Origin: an uncultured Bacilli bacterium
GTDB lineage: Bacteria > Bacillota_I > Bacilli_A > RF39 > UBA660
Assembly (NCBI GenBank): GCA_947623815.1
Contig: CANQHO010000001.1
Span: forward strand, 1 to 61,730
Reading direction: 5' to 3'
Length of the DNA: 61,730 bases
Below, in pieces: positions 1-8,653 of the stretch (within the stretch, counting starts at the first letter, position 1; every line of letters starts with the position of its first letter). A model generated the notes under the pieces. The model saw only the letters and a list, made by a program, of their open reading frames with translations. It searched no databases and was not told where the DNA came from. Position numbers and translations under genes: made by a program.

Positions 1-95
1 TAAACTCTTGTATTTACTTACCAAAATAGTCATTTCTTCTATTTTTGGATTTAACCGATACCTCCATGTCCAGCATCCACAATTATTTTTGCCAT
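1..95 (-). pseudogene. possible interrupted 5' end of an Amidase_3-like (N-acetylmuramoyl-L-alanine amidase) gene running off the window
   Basis: GGAGG RBS (rc of 103-107) lies 7 nt before the ATG at 95. Translation is MAKIIVDAGHGGIG, then TAA at 51-53. Another frame (YRLNPKIEEMTILVSKYKSL) stays open to position 1. DAGHGG resembles the N-terminal Zn-ligand motif seen in the 18160-18819 amidase (LDAGHGGKDPGA). Confidence 0.3.
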
Positions 96-225
96 ACACT
101 ATCCTCCTCAACTTATTGTATGACATTTAAAAAAATAGGTTAATATCATTACCCAAAACAAAAAATAATGTATCCACAACATTATTCTTTATTTTAAATA
201 AAATTTATTAACTCATATTCAAACA

Positions 226-1149
226 TTACAATTCTTTTGGACAATTAGATTTATATCTTACATCACTAAATCCAAAAGTTTTTTTACAATCATTACAAAT
301 AATTGCTATCTCATCTAATCCATAAATTTTTTCTCCGTCCCCTTTTTGCATAATTATATTTTTACCATTACATTTAGGACAACATACATAATCATTTTTA
401 TAAACATCTTCTTGTTTACAATAGTCTCTTATTATTTCATATCCATTTCTATCATATTTAGGAATAAATTCATCCTTATTAAATACTTTTATTCTACCAA
501 ACATAAACTCCAGTTTATCTATCTTCTTTTCAGTATGATAATGTCCACAATACCATTTGTCATAACTAATAGTTTCTTCTATTTCATTTAAAAATTTTTC
601 CATAGATTTATCTACTTTTGATTGATCCAAACCTTGTAAAAATACTTCTTTAGGTTCATATTTAAAAGGACAAGTATGAGTTAATACTATATCAAAATGT
701 TTCCCTTTGACCTTTTTTAAAATTTTTTCCTTTTCATCTTCACTTAATTGTTCATTTTCAAACCATTTACTACCATATAATAAACGATATTCTTTATCAA
801 CCGAATAAGCTCCTCCTATAACAAGAACGCTTTTGTCATCAATATTATAAACTTCACCATCTTTAGCAAATATTAAATTAGGATAATTTTCTTCAATAAA
901 TACTTTACCACCAAACATTTTCTTTTCTTTATAAGATTTTATATTTTCTGGCCTTTCTTCATGATTGCCTCTAACACAAAATATTTTTAATTTAAACCTT
1001 TTTAAATATTCTTTATATTTTATATCATTTTCATCAAGAAAATAATTTATTCCAACATCACCTAATATGATCAACATATCATTTTCATTTGTTTCTAAAT
1101 CGTAAAGTCTTGAAAAATCTCTATGCGTATCACCTGTTATATATATCAC
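226..1149 (-). CDS. calcineurin-like metallophosphoesterase with C-terminal CxxC...CxxC zinc ribbon
   Basis: GTG start with GGGGTGA RBS. Metallophosphoesterase motifs GDTHRD, GDVG, GNHE, HTCP and GHYH are present. The C-terminal ~50 aa read CCPKCNGK...CNDCKK. Confidence 0.85.
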   Translation of the reverse strand: MIYITGDTHRDFSRLYDLETNENDMLIILGDVGINYFLDENDIKYKEYLKRFKLKIFCVRGNHEERPENIKSYKEKKMFGGKVFIEENYPNLIFAKDGEVYNIDDKSVLVIGGAYSVDKEYRLLYGSKWFENEQLSEDEKEKILKKVKGKHFDIVLTHTCPFKYEPKEVFLQGLDQSKVDKSMEKFLNEIEETISYDKWYCGHYHTEKKIDKLEFMFGRIKVFNKDEFIPKYDRNGYEIIRDYCKQEDVYKNDYVCCPKCNGKNIIMQKGDGEKIYGLDEIAIICNDCKKTFGFSDVRYKSNCPKEL

Positions 1150-1242
1150 CTAATCACCCCTTTTTATAATTTAAAATAATTATTTTGAAAACATATGCAA
1201 CTTTCTATTATTAAACCTAATTTACACTTAACAATAAACATG

Positions 1243-2769
1243 TTATAAATGATAATATTTCAACATTACATTATACTCTTTTTCTATCAGTTTACTTAAT
1301 CCATTAAACATTTTAATATCTAACCCTAATAATACTCCATCATACACTAAATTTTCTTTAAATGGAATAATTGATGTAACAACTGCATATGGTAAGCTAG
1401 GAATAATATTATCCAAATTATCCTTTACCCCTTTTACCATATATATTTTATCATCAGACATAAAAGCTGTATATTCTAATTCAAATTTAGAAATAATAAA
1501 CATATCTCTAATTCCTTTTTTAAATTCAGCTGTTATACTTAACTCTTCTTTACTAAATTTATAGGGATTAGCTAAACAAAACTCTAATGTAACTGCTTCT
1601 TTATTTTCCCAATATTTATCTATTATACCCACAATTTCTGATGGATCGATACCATTGTTATTATAAATTTTTAAATGTTCGTTTATCTTATATTTTTTAT
1701 TAGTAAATTCCAATAAACCAAAATAAATTTTGTAAAATAATTCAGCATCTTTTTTAGATAAACAAGCATTTTTTTGCCTAACATTTTTTTTAGATTTATT
1801 CTTTTTAGATTTTATCATTTTCTTTTTAATTTCTTTTGCTTCATTTGGAGTATAGCCATTTAAAGCACCAGACGGCATTTCATCCATAGCTTCGTCCAAC
1901 ACTTTAAAAAAATTTGTTAAATCAGCAAATTCCATTAAAGGAATTTTTTTAATAAATTCTTTCAAATTTTTTCTATCTAAATTAAGCATTGCGTATTGTT
2001 TAATTGCATCTATAGCTAAAAACCAATAAAATGGCAATTTTTCAAGTTCTTCTAAAAACTTTATTATTTTTGGATTATTTATATCAAATTCATTGTAAAA
2101 TAAAGTTTTAGCCATTTTAAGATCTATTTTTTTATCTCCAACTATTCTTTGTTTTCTTCTTTGTTTTTCTATTTCTTCTTCTATTGCATAATAATCCTGA
2201 AAAATTGCTACTGGAATATCTTCTATACCATCTATATTTTTAGCAATTATAAATACATAATAATTAAATAATCTATTATTTAACATATGATCCCATATTA
2301 TTTCTGGATTTATTTCTGTTATATTTGATCCAAATTGACATACTTCACTTAATAATACTGAGCCGTGTATTTTACAATAACTTACTAATAATTCATTTAA
2401 TTCGTCTGTTTTCTGTTTTTCTTCCCAATTTACTCTTTTTAAAGCTTGTTTTACTTTCTTAATAATTTCCTCAGGAATATTTTTTTTAAGATCAATCAAA
2501 AATTTATCTCTTAAAGTTGTTTTTTCCCAATCATATTTATCTTTAAAGTCTTCTTCTGATTTGTTATCTAATATCATTTTTAAAAATTTTAATTCTCTAG
2601 TTGTACAAATATCAATAATATTATCTGGATCATCATAAACTTTATATATTTCATCAAGCATTTTAACTCTAGAAATTTTTTCATAATCCTTAAAATCTTC
2701 TACAATCCTTGAATATTGTTCATGAACATATTCTTTTCTCATTTTATTTATTTCATCATGCATTTTCAT
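1243..2769 (-). CDS. hypothetical protein (508 aa, Lys/Glu-rich helical, no recognisable motif)
   Basis: Long uninterrupted ORF with a GAAGGAGA RBS 8 nt upstream of the ATG. I recognised no catalytic motif. Confidence 0.7.
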   Translation of the reverse strand: MKMHDEINKMRKEYVHEQYSRIVEDFKDYEKISRVKMLDEIYKVYDDPDNIIDICTTRELKFLKMILDNKSEEDFKDKYDWEKTTLRDKFLIDLKKNIPEEIIKKVKQALKRVNWEEKQKTDELNELLVSYCKIHGSVLLSEVCQFGSNITEINPEIIWDHMLNNRLFNYYVFIIAKNIDGIEDIPVAIFQDYYAIEEEIEKQRRKQRIVGDKKIDLKMAKTLFYNEFDINNPKIIKFLEELEKLPFYWFLAIDAIKQYAMLNLDRKNLKEFIKKIPLMEFADLTNFFKVLDEAMDEMPSGALNGYTPNEAKEIKKKMIKSKKNKSKKNVRQKNACLSKKDAELFYKIYFGLLEFTNKKYKINEHLKIYNNNGIDPSEIVGIIDKYWENKEAVTLEFCLANPYKFSKEELSITAEFKKGIRDMFIISKFELEYTAFMSDDKIYMVKGVKDNLDNIIPSLPYAVVTSIIPFKENLVYDGVLLGLDIKMFNGLSKLIEKEYNVMLKYYHL

Positions 2770-2969
2770 ATACTACTTCTCCTTCAATTATTTTTTTATC
2801 TAATTTTGTTGTTTCTATATTTTTTAAAAGCAAATTTTTTCATTTTTTACTAATCAAAACCTTAAACATAAGGCCTCTAATTTTAACAACCAGAAAAACC
2901 GACTTTATAAAAAGATTCAATTTTAATTGTTGTATATTTAATTACACAATACTATCATTTCTTCCACAT

Positions 2970-3704
2970 CTATATTGATTTTTCCCTTTTATTTTTATAT
3001 TTTAACCATTCACTATAAAATTCAGAAAAATTATCTATCTTTTCAATACCAACATTTAAAACACCTTTTATATCTATATTATGACAAATTTTGGTATACT
3101 TCCAAATTTTTTCAAACTTATCTGATTTATTACACATCAATAAAGAATATATTGCATATAGACACATTTGATTTAAATCTATTTCCAAATTATCTTTTAT
3201 ATCATTAAAATCGACTTCATAACTATCATAAACTTCATCTGAATCATCATATTCAGAATTACCTACTTCTTCACAAGTGTAACTAGTGTTTATAATAGAT
3301 TCAAACAATGTAATAACCTTCATATACTCCTTGTATAGAACCAATCTTTTAATTATTTTATAAGTATTATCCAAAACTTCTTTAAGTTCATTAGAAGGAT
3401 AATATGAATAATCTACACTCTCCTCATAATAACTATAAGTTCCATTTTCAAAAGAATAACTTTTAAAACATATTTCACCATTTTGTATTTTTTCAAAATC
3501 GGCTAGTATCTTATTATATTCTTTTAAAGTATTCTCATCTATAGTATTTTCTTCACCTTTAAAATATTTTATTTTGCATATTATACATTCATAATAACTT
3601 GATGGTAATCTATCTACTAATTCATTTATTAAATTTTTTATTTCCCTAAGAGACAAATCTTCTAATTCTTTATTTAATTCTATTTTAAAATTTTCTTTAT
3701 CCAT
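2970..3704 (-). CDS. hypothetical protein (244 aa, acidic/Tyr-rich)
   Basis: ORF with a GGGAGG RBS 9 nt upstream. No recognisable motif. Confidence 0.65.
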   Translation of the reverse strand: MDKENFKIELNKELEDLSLREIKNLINELVDRLPSSYYECIICKIKYFKGEENTIDENTLKEYNKILADFEKIQNGEICFKSYSFENGTYSYYEESVDYSYYPSNELKEVLDNTYKIIKRLVLYKEYMKVITLFESIINTSYTCEEVGNSEYDDSDEVYDSYEVDFNDIKDNLEIDLNQMCLYAIYSLLMCNKSDKFEKIWKYTKICHNIDIKGVLNVGIEKIDNFSEFYSEWLKYKNKREKSI

Positions 3705-3730
3705 TTTTCAAAACCTCCCTTAATCTAATT

Positions 3731-4135
3731 CTAGATATATTCTATATTATTATCTTTGCACCATTCAATAGCAAGTTCTTTATATTTTTCATCTCTAAAT
3801 CTATACCAATCATCAATAATATCAAAATTGATACAAGTATCTTTAAATCTTCTAAAAGCACCTTTACCACTTATTGCTATATATAACTGATTATAAAGTT
3901 TCACCTCATCTATCGTTTCAATAAATTCTTCCATCATACTGTATTCATCAATATAATATTTTGATGGTAAACTTATATATTCGTCATATATCTCTTCTTT
4001 TTTCTCAGGAGAAATATCTATATAATCATCTATATATACAATTTCGTACGTTTTAGGATTTAAATAAGCCCCAGCATCCATTCCATCATTAACAAATTCT
4101 AAAGCTTCTATTACATCATCTAATTTTATTTTCAT
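3731..4135 (-). CDS. UPF0158-like protein
   Basis: The GKGAFRRFKD...W..FR motif near the C-terminus is the pattern I associate with the UPF0158 family. An AGAGGAAG RBS is present. Confidence 0.6.
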   Translation of the reverse strand: MKIKLDDVIEALEFVNDGMDAGAYLNPKTYEIVYIDDYIDISPEKKEEIYDEYISLPSKYYIDEYSMMEEFIETIDEVKLYNQLYIAISGKGAFRRFKDTCINFDIIDDWYRFRDEKYKELAIEWCKDNNIEYI

Positions 4136-4303
4136 AATCTTCCTCTTAATCTATTTTTTACTTTATAATAAATTTTTTAAATACTTATTCCTTTTAAATT
4201 TTTATATTATAAATCATATCAAAACATATCATTCAATCTTCCTAATCTTTAACTTTGAACTATACTAAATGCAAGTTAAATATACAATAGTTATTTTATC
4301 ATA

Positions 4304-5962
4304 TTATATATATTTTTTTAGATTTTTTATTGCATTTTTAAATTCATCTAACATGGCTGGTCGATTAGAAAAATATTTTTGATTCATTTCTTTTAATATT
4401 GATTTAACAACTTCCTTCGAATTATCTATTTTTATTATATGATTTACCTCTTCGGCGATTTTTCGATAATTACTTCTACCATTCGCATACTCGGCATCTT
4501 TTAAACAAGATTTTTTATAAATATTTAGTAATTCATCTCGATATTTTGGAAGTAAATATTTTTCATATTTTTTTATATCATACATATTATAATCACATAC
4601 ATTTAAGTACAATTCATCATACATTTTTTCTTCGATAAATATTTTATTTAAATATCTATCACAATATTTATCATTTTTAATGTTTTCAATTATCTTATTT
4701 TTTTCTAACTGCCAATCCTTATTAGAATATAGTTTCTTAATTTTACGATAAACATCTATATCATATTTATCAATTTCATAAAACAACTTATATAATATAT
4801 CGGTATATTTGTCCATCATATTATTTTTTAAATATATTTCAGCTAATTTATTTGCATGAATACTGCTATTATATTCTTTTTCTTTTAATCTTTCCTCTAA
4901 AGCTTTTATAGCCATTAAAGAATTGTTATTTTTTATTAGTTCATCTATATATTTTAGAAAAACATTATTGTCATACGAATATTTTTCCAAAATTTTAATT
5001 TTTTGATTTTTTTCTCCTTTTAATTCATAAATTTTTATCAAATTTTCTACATAATCTTCTCTATTATAAAAATAATCTTTATTCTTAAATATATTGAGGG
5101 CTGTTTCTAAGGATGCTTTAATATCATCTAAATATAAATTATTATCTATAAAGTATACTAGTATTTGGTTTAAATCTATACCATAATTATATAAATAAGC
5201 AGTTTTTAATTCTTTAATTACATAATCCATGATTTTTCTTAAGATAGCACTATTTTTATCGTCTACTTTATCTAAAATATCAAAAATGATTTCAATGACC
5301 GCTTCGGCTATTTCACCTGTTGAGCCATTTGAGTCATCAATATCTGTATCAGGAATTGAATCCAATATAACTGTAATGATTGTAAATGCCGTTTCATAAT
5401 CCTCATTATCTACTAATTTTTCTGCTTCTTCAATAAATTCATACATAACATGTTCGTAATTTGATGTATTATTATAATCGATAAAGCCATGACGATCACA
5501 ACACTTATTAATGGCGTGGTAAATTTTATTCCTATAATTTTCTTTAGACAATTTAGGAAAGTAATTACTAAATTCTACTCTAAATCTATTAAACCAATCA
5601 CTATTATTTACTAAATTAGTATAAAGAAATTTTCTTAAATCTTTTTCTTCTATTTTGTTTACAATATCTTCCAAATTAAAATTTTTGTTTGTCTTACAAT
5701 TTTTATTTTCATTTAAATAATATAATACTGCCGCCATGTGTTTACAATAGCCACTAGATTCAAAATAAGGACAACTACACTCTCCATCAAAAAAAATATT
5801 ATCTTCAATTTCTAAATTTACTTTATAATTATAATTCCCGTTTACTGTCGCACTAACAATATTATCATTTATTGAAATATTACTAACTTTATTGTTGATA
5901 TAGTATTCATATCCTCTACTTAAAATATAATCTAAAAATTCGTTTTCAAAATCTATTTTCAT
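4304..5962 (-). CDS. SWIM zinc-finger domain protein with long helical-repeat C-terminal region
   Basis: The CxCx10CxH signature reads ECSCPYFESSGYCKHMAAVLYYL near the N-terminus. The RBS (TAGGTG) overlaps the stop of the upstream gene. Confidence 0.8.
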   Translation of the reverse strand: MKIDFENEFLDYILSRGYEYYINNKVSNISINDNIVSATVNGNYNYKVNLEIEDNIFFDGECSCPYFESSGYCKHMAAVLYYLNENKNCKTNKNFNLEDIVNKIEEKDLRKFLYTNLVNNSDWFNRFRVEFSNYFPKLSKENYRNKIYHAINKCCDRHGFIDYNNTSNYEHVMYEFIEEAEKLVDNEDYETAFTIITVILDSIPDTDIDDSNGSTGEIAEAVIEIIFDILDKVDDKNSAILRKIMDYVIKELKTAYLYNYGIDLNQILVYFIDNNLYLDDIKASLETALNIFKNKDYFYNREDYVENLIKIYELKGEKNQKIKILEKYSYDNNVFLKYIDELIKNNNSLMAIKALEERLKEKEYNSSIHANKLAEIYLKNNMMDKYTDILYKLFYEIDKYDIDVYRKIKKLYSNKDWQLEKNKIIENIKNDKYCDRYLNKIFIEEKMYDELYLNVCDYNMYDIKKYEKYLLPKYRDELLNIYKKSCLKDAEYANGRSNYRKIAEEVNHIIKIDNSKEVVKSILKEMNQKYFSNRPAMLDEFKNAIKNLKKYI

Positions 5963-5975
5963 ATCTACACCTAAA

Positions 5976-6974
5976 TTATTCTCTTATACTTTCATTACAT
6001 TTTTTTAAATCAAAATCATTTATATCATACTTACCCCAACTAGTATCTATCCCATTGAATATATCTTCTAATCCCCATACGCCACCTACATCATCAATTA
6101 TTCCATATCCTTTACCAGATAAAACTTCAAAATCTGTGCTCCCATAATCATCTATTATTTTACTTAAAGTTAACTTAAATATCCAATTGTCTCCCCAATC
6201 ATAAATAATTTTAAGTCTCTGTTTTTCTTTTAAATTTAAATTAAACAATTCTAAATCATTATACTCTTCATCTAAAAAATTTTTTCCTATTTTAATGCCA
6301 TAAAGATGTGACAAATCACCATTCATTGATAAAATTACACCTCTACAAAAATCATCTATTAAAATGTCATTATTTACAACAATTTTTCGTTTAATTTCCT
6401 TATCAAAGCCATCTAATGAAACATTAAAAATATATCTTTTAGGAGAAACTTTATCTTCACTACTTTCTATATAATCAGCAATTCTTTTATTGCATTCTTC
6501 GGAATTAAAATTTGTTTGTAAATATTCTTTTTCAGATTTTTTAAAATAATCTTTTCTTGCACTAAATAATGTTTTTAAATGAATTAAACTTGCATTGTCT
6601 AATATTCCATGACTCTTTCCAGATAAAACTTTAAATATTTCCTTATCTTTTGATTCATAAATATTATCAACAACAATTTCAAAAAAATAACCATTTTCAA
6701 AATTATATTCTAAAATGAATTTTTTACCTTTTTTTAAATCTAAATCTTTAAATAATAAGTCAATCATACTTTTTTCGGTTTTTGATTCTTCAACTAGATA
6801 TGGGTAATATGTAACGTTACCATATTCGAGCTCATAAATTGGAATTTTATTACCATTCATAGAAACAATAATGTACTCACACAAATTTTTTAAATTTATA
6901 TTTTCATCTACTTCAATTTGTCTATTTACTTTATCAGCAAGTTCTCCTAAAGTTACATTTAATAATACTTTCAT
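5976..6974 (-). CDS. pRiA4b ORF-3-like (MM3350-like, PF07929-type) protein, two tandem domains
   Basis: The C-terminal copy has YDWGDNWIFKLTL and GKGYGIIDDVGGVWGLEDI, matching the family pattern YDFGDxWxHxI ... PEDxGGxxGY. The N-terminal copy is degenerate (YNFENGYFFEIVV ... SGKSHGILDN). An AAGGAG RBS is present. Confidence 0.75.
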   Translation of the reverse strand: MKVLLNVTLGELADKVNRQIEVDENINLKNLCEYIIVSMNGNKIPIYELEYGNVTYYPYLVEESKTEKSMIDLLFKDLDLKKGKKFILEYNFENGYFFEIVVDNIYESKDKEIFKVLSGKSHGILDNASLIHLKTLFSARKDYFKKSEKEYLQTNFNSEECNKRIADYIESSEDKVSPKRYIFNVSLDGFDKEIKRKIVVNNDILIDDFCRGVILSMNGDLSHLYGIKIGKNFLDEEYNDLELFNLNLKEKQRLKIIYDWGDNWIFKLTLSKIIDDYGSTDFEVLSGKGYGIIDDVGGVWGLEDIFNGIDTSWGKYDINDFDLKKCNESIRE

Positions 6975-7005
6975 ACTACCTACTCCTTTTCTAATTTATG
7001 CCTTT

Positions 7006-7014
7006 ATTATATCA
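7006..7014 (-). promoter_or_regulatory. extended -10 (TGATATAAT) candidate promoter for the 5976-6974 gene
   Basis: The rc of 7006-7014 reads TGATATAAT, about 30 nt upstream of the start codon. The -35 is weak. Confidence 0.4.
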
Positions 7015-7188
7015 TACTTAATAGTATAAATAAACTTTATTACTTAAGTTTTAATTAGCTTTAATTGCCATAAATCTTTTATAAAATAATTACCATCATT
7101 ATCCAATATTCTCAATTATTTTTACCATGTATTATTTATTTTAATTTATTGTATGATATTTTATAAAATAAATCGAACATATTTATTT

Positions 7189-7202
7189 TATATAGTTGTA
7201 TA
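7189..7202. promoter_or_regulatory. operator-like palindrome copy 1 (TATATAGTTGTATA)
   Basis: One mismatch to copies 2 and 3. It shares the flanks TTT...AATAAAT. Confidence 0.4.
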
Positions 7203-7230
7203 TAATAAATATCATTTTTACAGTATCTTT

Positions 7231-7244
7231 TATACAGTTGTATA
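7231..7244. promoter_or_regulatory. operator-like palindrome copy 2 (TATACA-GT-TGTATA)
   Basis: Perfect 6-bp inverted arms with a 2-bp spacer. Identical, as the reverse complement, to 8587-8600, including flanking TTT and AAAATAAAT. Confidence 0.45.
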
Positions 7245-7369
7245 AAAAATAAATCAATATATTAAATTTTATATAATAAAGTTAAAATATATTGTTTTAT
7301 CACAATTATATAAAATACTTTTGTTCGTAAATAAAAAACATCATAAAAAATTTTTTTATACAATTGCCC

Positions 7370-7396
7370 AAAATAAAAAGGATTATAATAACCCTT
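7370..7396 (-). terminator. rho-independent terminator after trpS
   Basis: On the minus strand: AAGGGTTA-tta-TAATCCTT (8-bp stem with one G-U pair) followed by TTTATTTT, directly after the TAG stop at 7401-7403. Confidence 0.6.
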
Positions 7397-7400
7397 GTAC

Positions 7401-8498
7401 CTATTTTTTTTCATTTGTAAATCTATCAATTTGTGAGTCAATTAAATCCTTATCATTAAAATAATTTATTCCCATGGCTTCCTTAACATTATTCAAAGTT
7501 TGACTGGCAACTTCAATTGCTTTTTGGCTTCCTTCATATAATATTTTATATACTTCTGGAATATGTTGTTCCAATTCTTTTCTTCTTTCTCTAATAGGCG
7601 CTAATTCTTCTTGAATAATAGAATTTAAAAATCTCTTAACTTTTACATCTCCAAGTCCGCCTTTTCGATAATGGTCTTTAAGTTCATCAAGATTTTTATA
7701 TTCCGGTAAATATTTTGAAAAATGTTCATCGTTACAAAAAGCATCCAAATAAATGAAAACTGGATTATTTTCCACAACTCCAGGATCAGAAACTTTTAAA
7801 TGATTAGGATCAGTAAACATTCCCATTATCTTCTTTTCTATAACTTCTGGTTCATCCGCTAAATATATACAATTATTAAGCGATTTACTCATTTTGGCTT
7901 TACCATCTAGCCCTGGTAATCGCATACAAGTTTCATTTTCTGGTAAAACAGCCGTAGGCTCAACTAAAGTTTCACCATACAAATTATTAAAACTTCTAAC
8001 AATTTCCCTAGTTTGCTCTATCATAGGTAACTGATCATCACCGACTGGTATAATCGTGGCGTTAAATGCCGTAATATCAGCCGCCTGACTAATTGGATAA
8101 GTAAGAAAGCCTGTCGGAATACTATTTTCAAACTTTCTATGTTTTATTTCTTCTTTTATGGTTGGATTTCTTTGTAAACGCGCTAAAGTAACTAAATTCA
8201 AATAATAAAAAGTAAGTTCGCATAGTTCTGATACTTGTGATTGCACAAATATAGTAGATTTTTTAGGATCTATCCCACAAGCCAAATAATCCAAAGCCAC
8301 TTCAATAACATTTTGTCTTATTTTTTCTACATCATGGGCATTGTCTGATAAAGCTTGAGCATCAGCTATTTCTATATATATTTGGTCATATTTTCCCGAA
8401 TTTTGTAACTCAACTCTTCTTTTTAATGAACCAACATAATGTCCTAAATGTAACTTTCCTGTCGGTCTATCACCAGTTAAAACTATATCTTTACTCAT
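7401..8498 (-). CDS. trpS: tryptophan--tRNA ligase (TGDRPTG-type, TrpRS-II-like)
   Basis: HIGH region TGDRPTGKLHLGHYVGSL and KMSKS (KMSKSLNN) are present. The size (365 aa) fits, and there is a GGAGG RBS. Confidence 0.93.
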   Translation of the reverse strand: MSKDIVLTGDRPTGKLHLGHYVGSLKRRVELQNSGKYDQIYIEIADAQALSDNAHDVEKIRQNVIEVALDYLACGIDPKKSTIFVQSQVSELCELTFYYLNLVTLARLQRNPTIKEEIKHRKFENSIPTGFLTYPISQAADITAFNATIIPVGDDQLPMIEQTREIVRSFNNLYGETLVEPTAVLPENETCMRLPGLDGKAKMSKSLNNCIYLADEPEVIEKKIMGMFTDPNHLKVSDPGVVENNPVFIYLDAFCNDEHFSKYLPEYKNLDELKDHYRKGGLGDVKVKRFLNSIIQEELAPIRERRKELEQHIPEVYKILYEGSQKAIEVASQTLNNVKEAMGINYFNDKDLIDSQIDRFTNEKK

Positions 8499-8546
8499 AA
8501 TATTTCCTCCTAAATCTATACAATTTAATAGATTATTATGTTTTAA

Positions 8547-8575
8547 ATTATACTACAATTATCTATTTTTTACAA
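8547..8575 (-). promoter_or_regulatory. sigmaA-type promoter for trpS (TTGTAA-17-TATAAT)
   Basis: The rc of 8570-8575 is TTGTAA and the rc of 8547-8552 is TATAAT, with a 17-nt spacer. Confidence 0.55.
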
Positions 8576-8586
8576 AAAATTTATTT

Positions 8587-8600
8587 TATACAACTGTATA
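8587..8600. promoter_or_regulatory. operator-like palindrome copy 3 (TATACAACTGTATA)
   Basis: Exact reverse complement of 7231-7244. It lies 11 nt upstream of the trpS -35. Confidence 0.45.
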
Positions 8601-8653
8601 AAATAAATGGTATCTAAATTACAACCACTTCTTTTTATCAATCATAAATTATG

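Noticed and set aside
226-7400. Whether the left-hand block is a mobile element, prophage or genomic island.
   Set aside because: I found no integrase, transposase, recombinase, tRNA target or flanking direct or inverted repeats. Only the interrupted lysin-like start at 1-95 hints at phage ancestry. I therefore kept it as an accessory-looking block rather than annotating a mobile element.
8499-8653. I looked for a Trp T-box or TRAP-type (G/U)AG repeat leader upstream of trpS.
   Set aside because: The region is only 155 nt. It contains a promoter and a palindrome but no stem I, specifier or T-box sequence, and no 11-fold triplet repeats.
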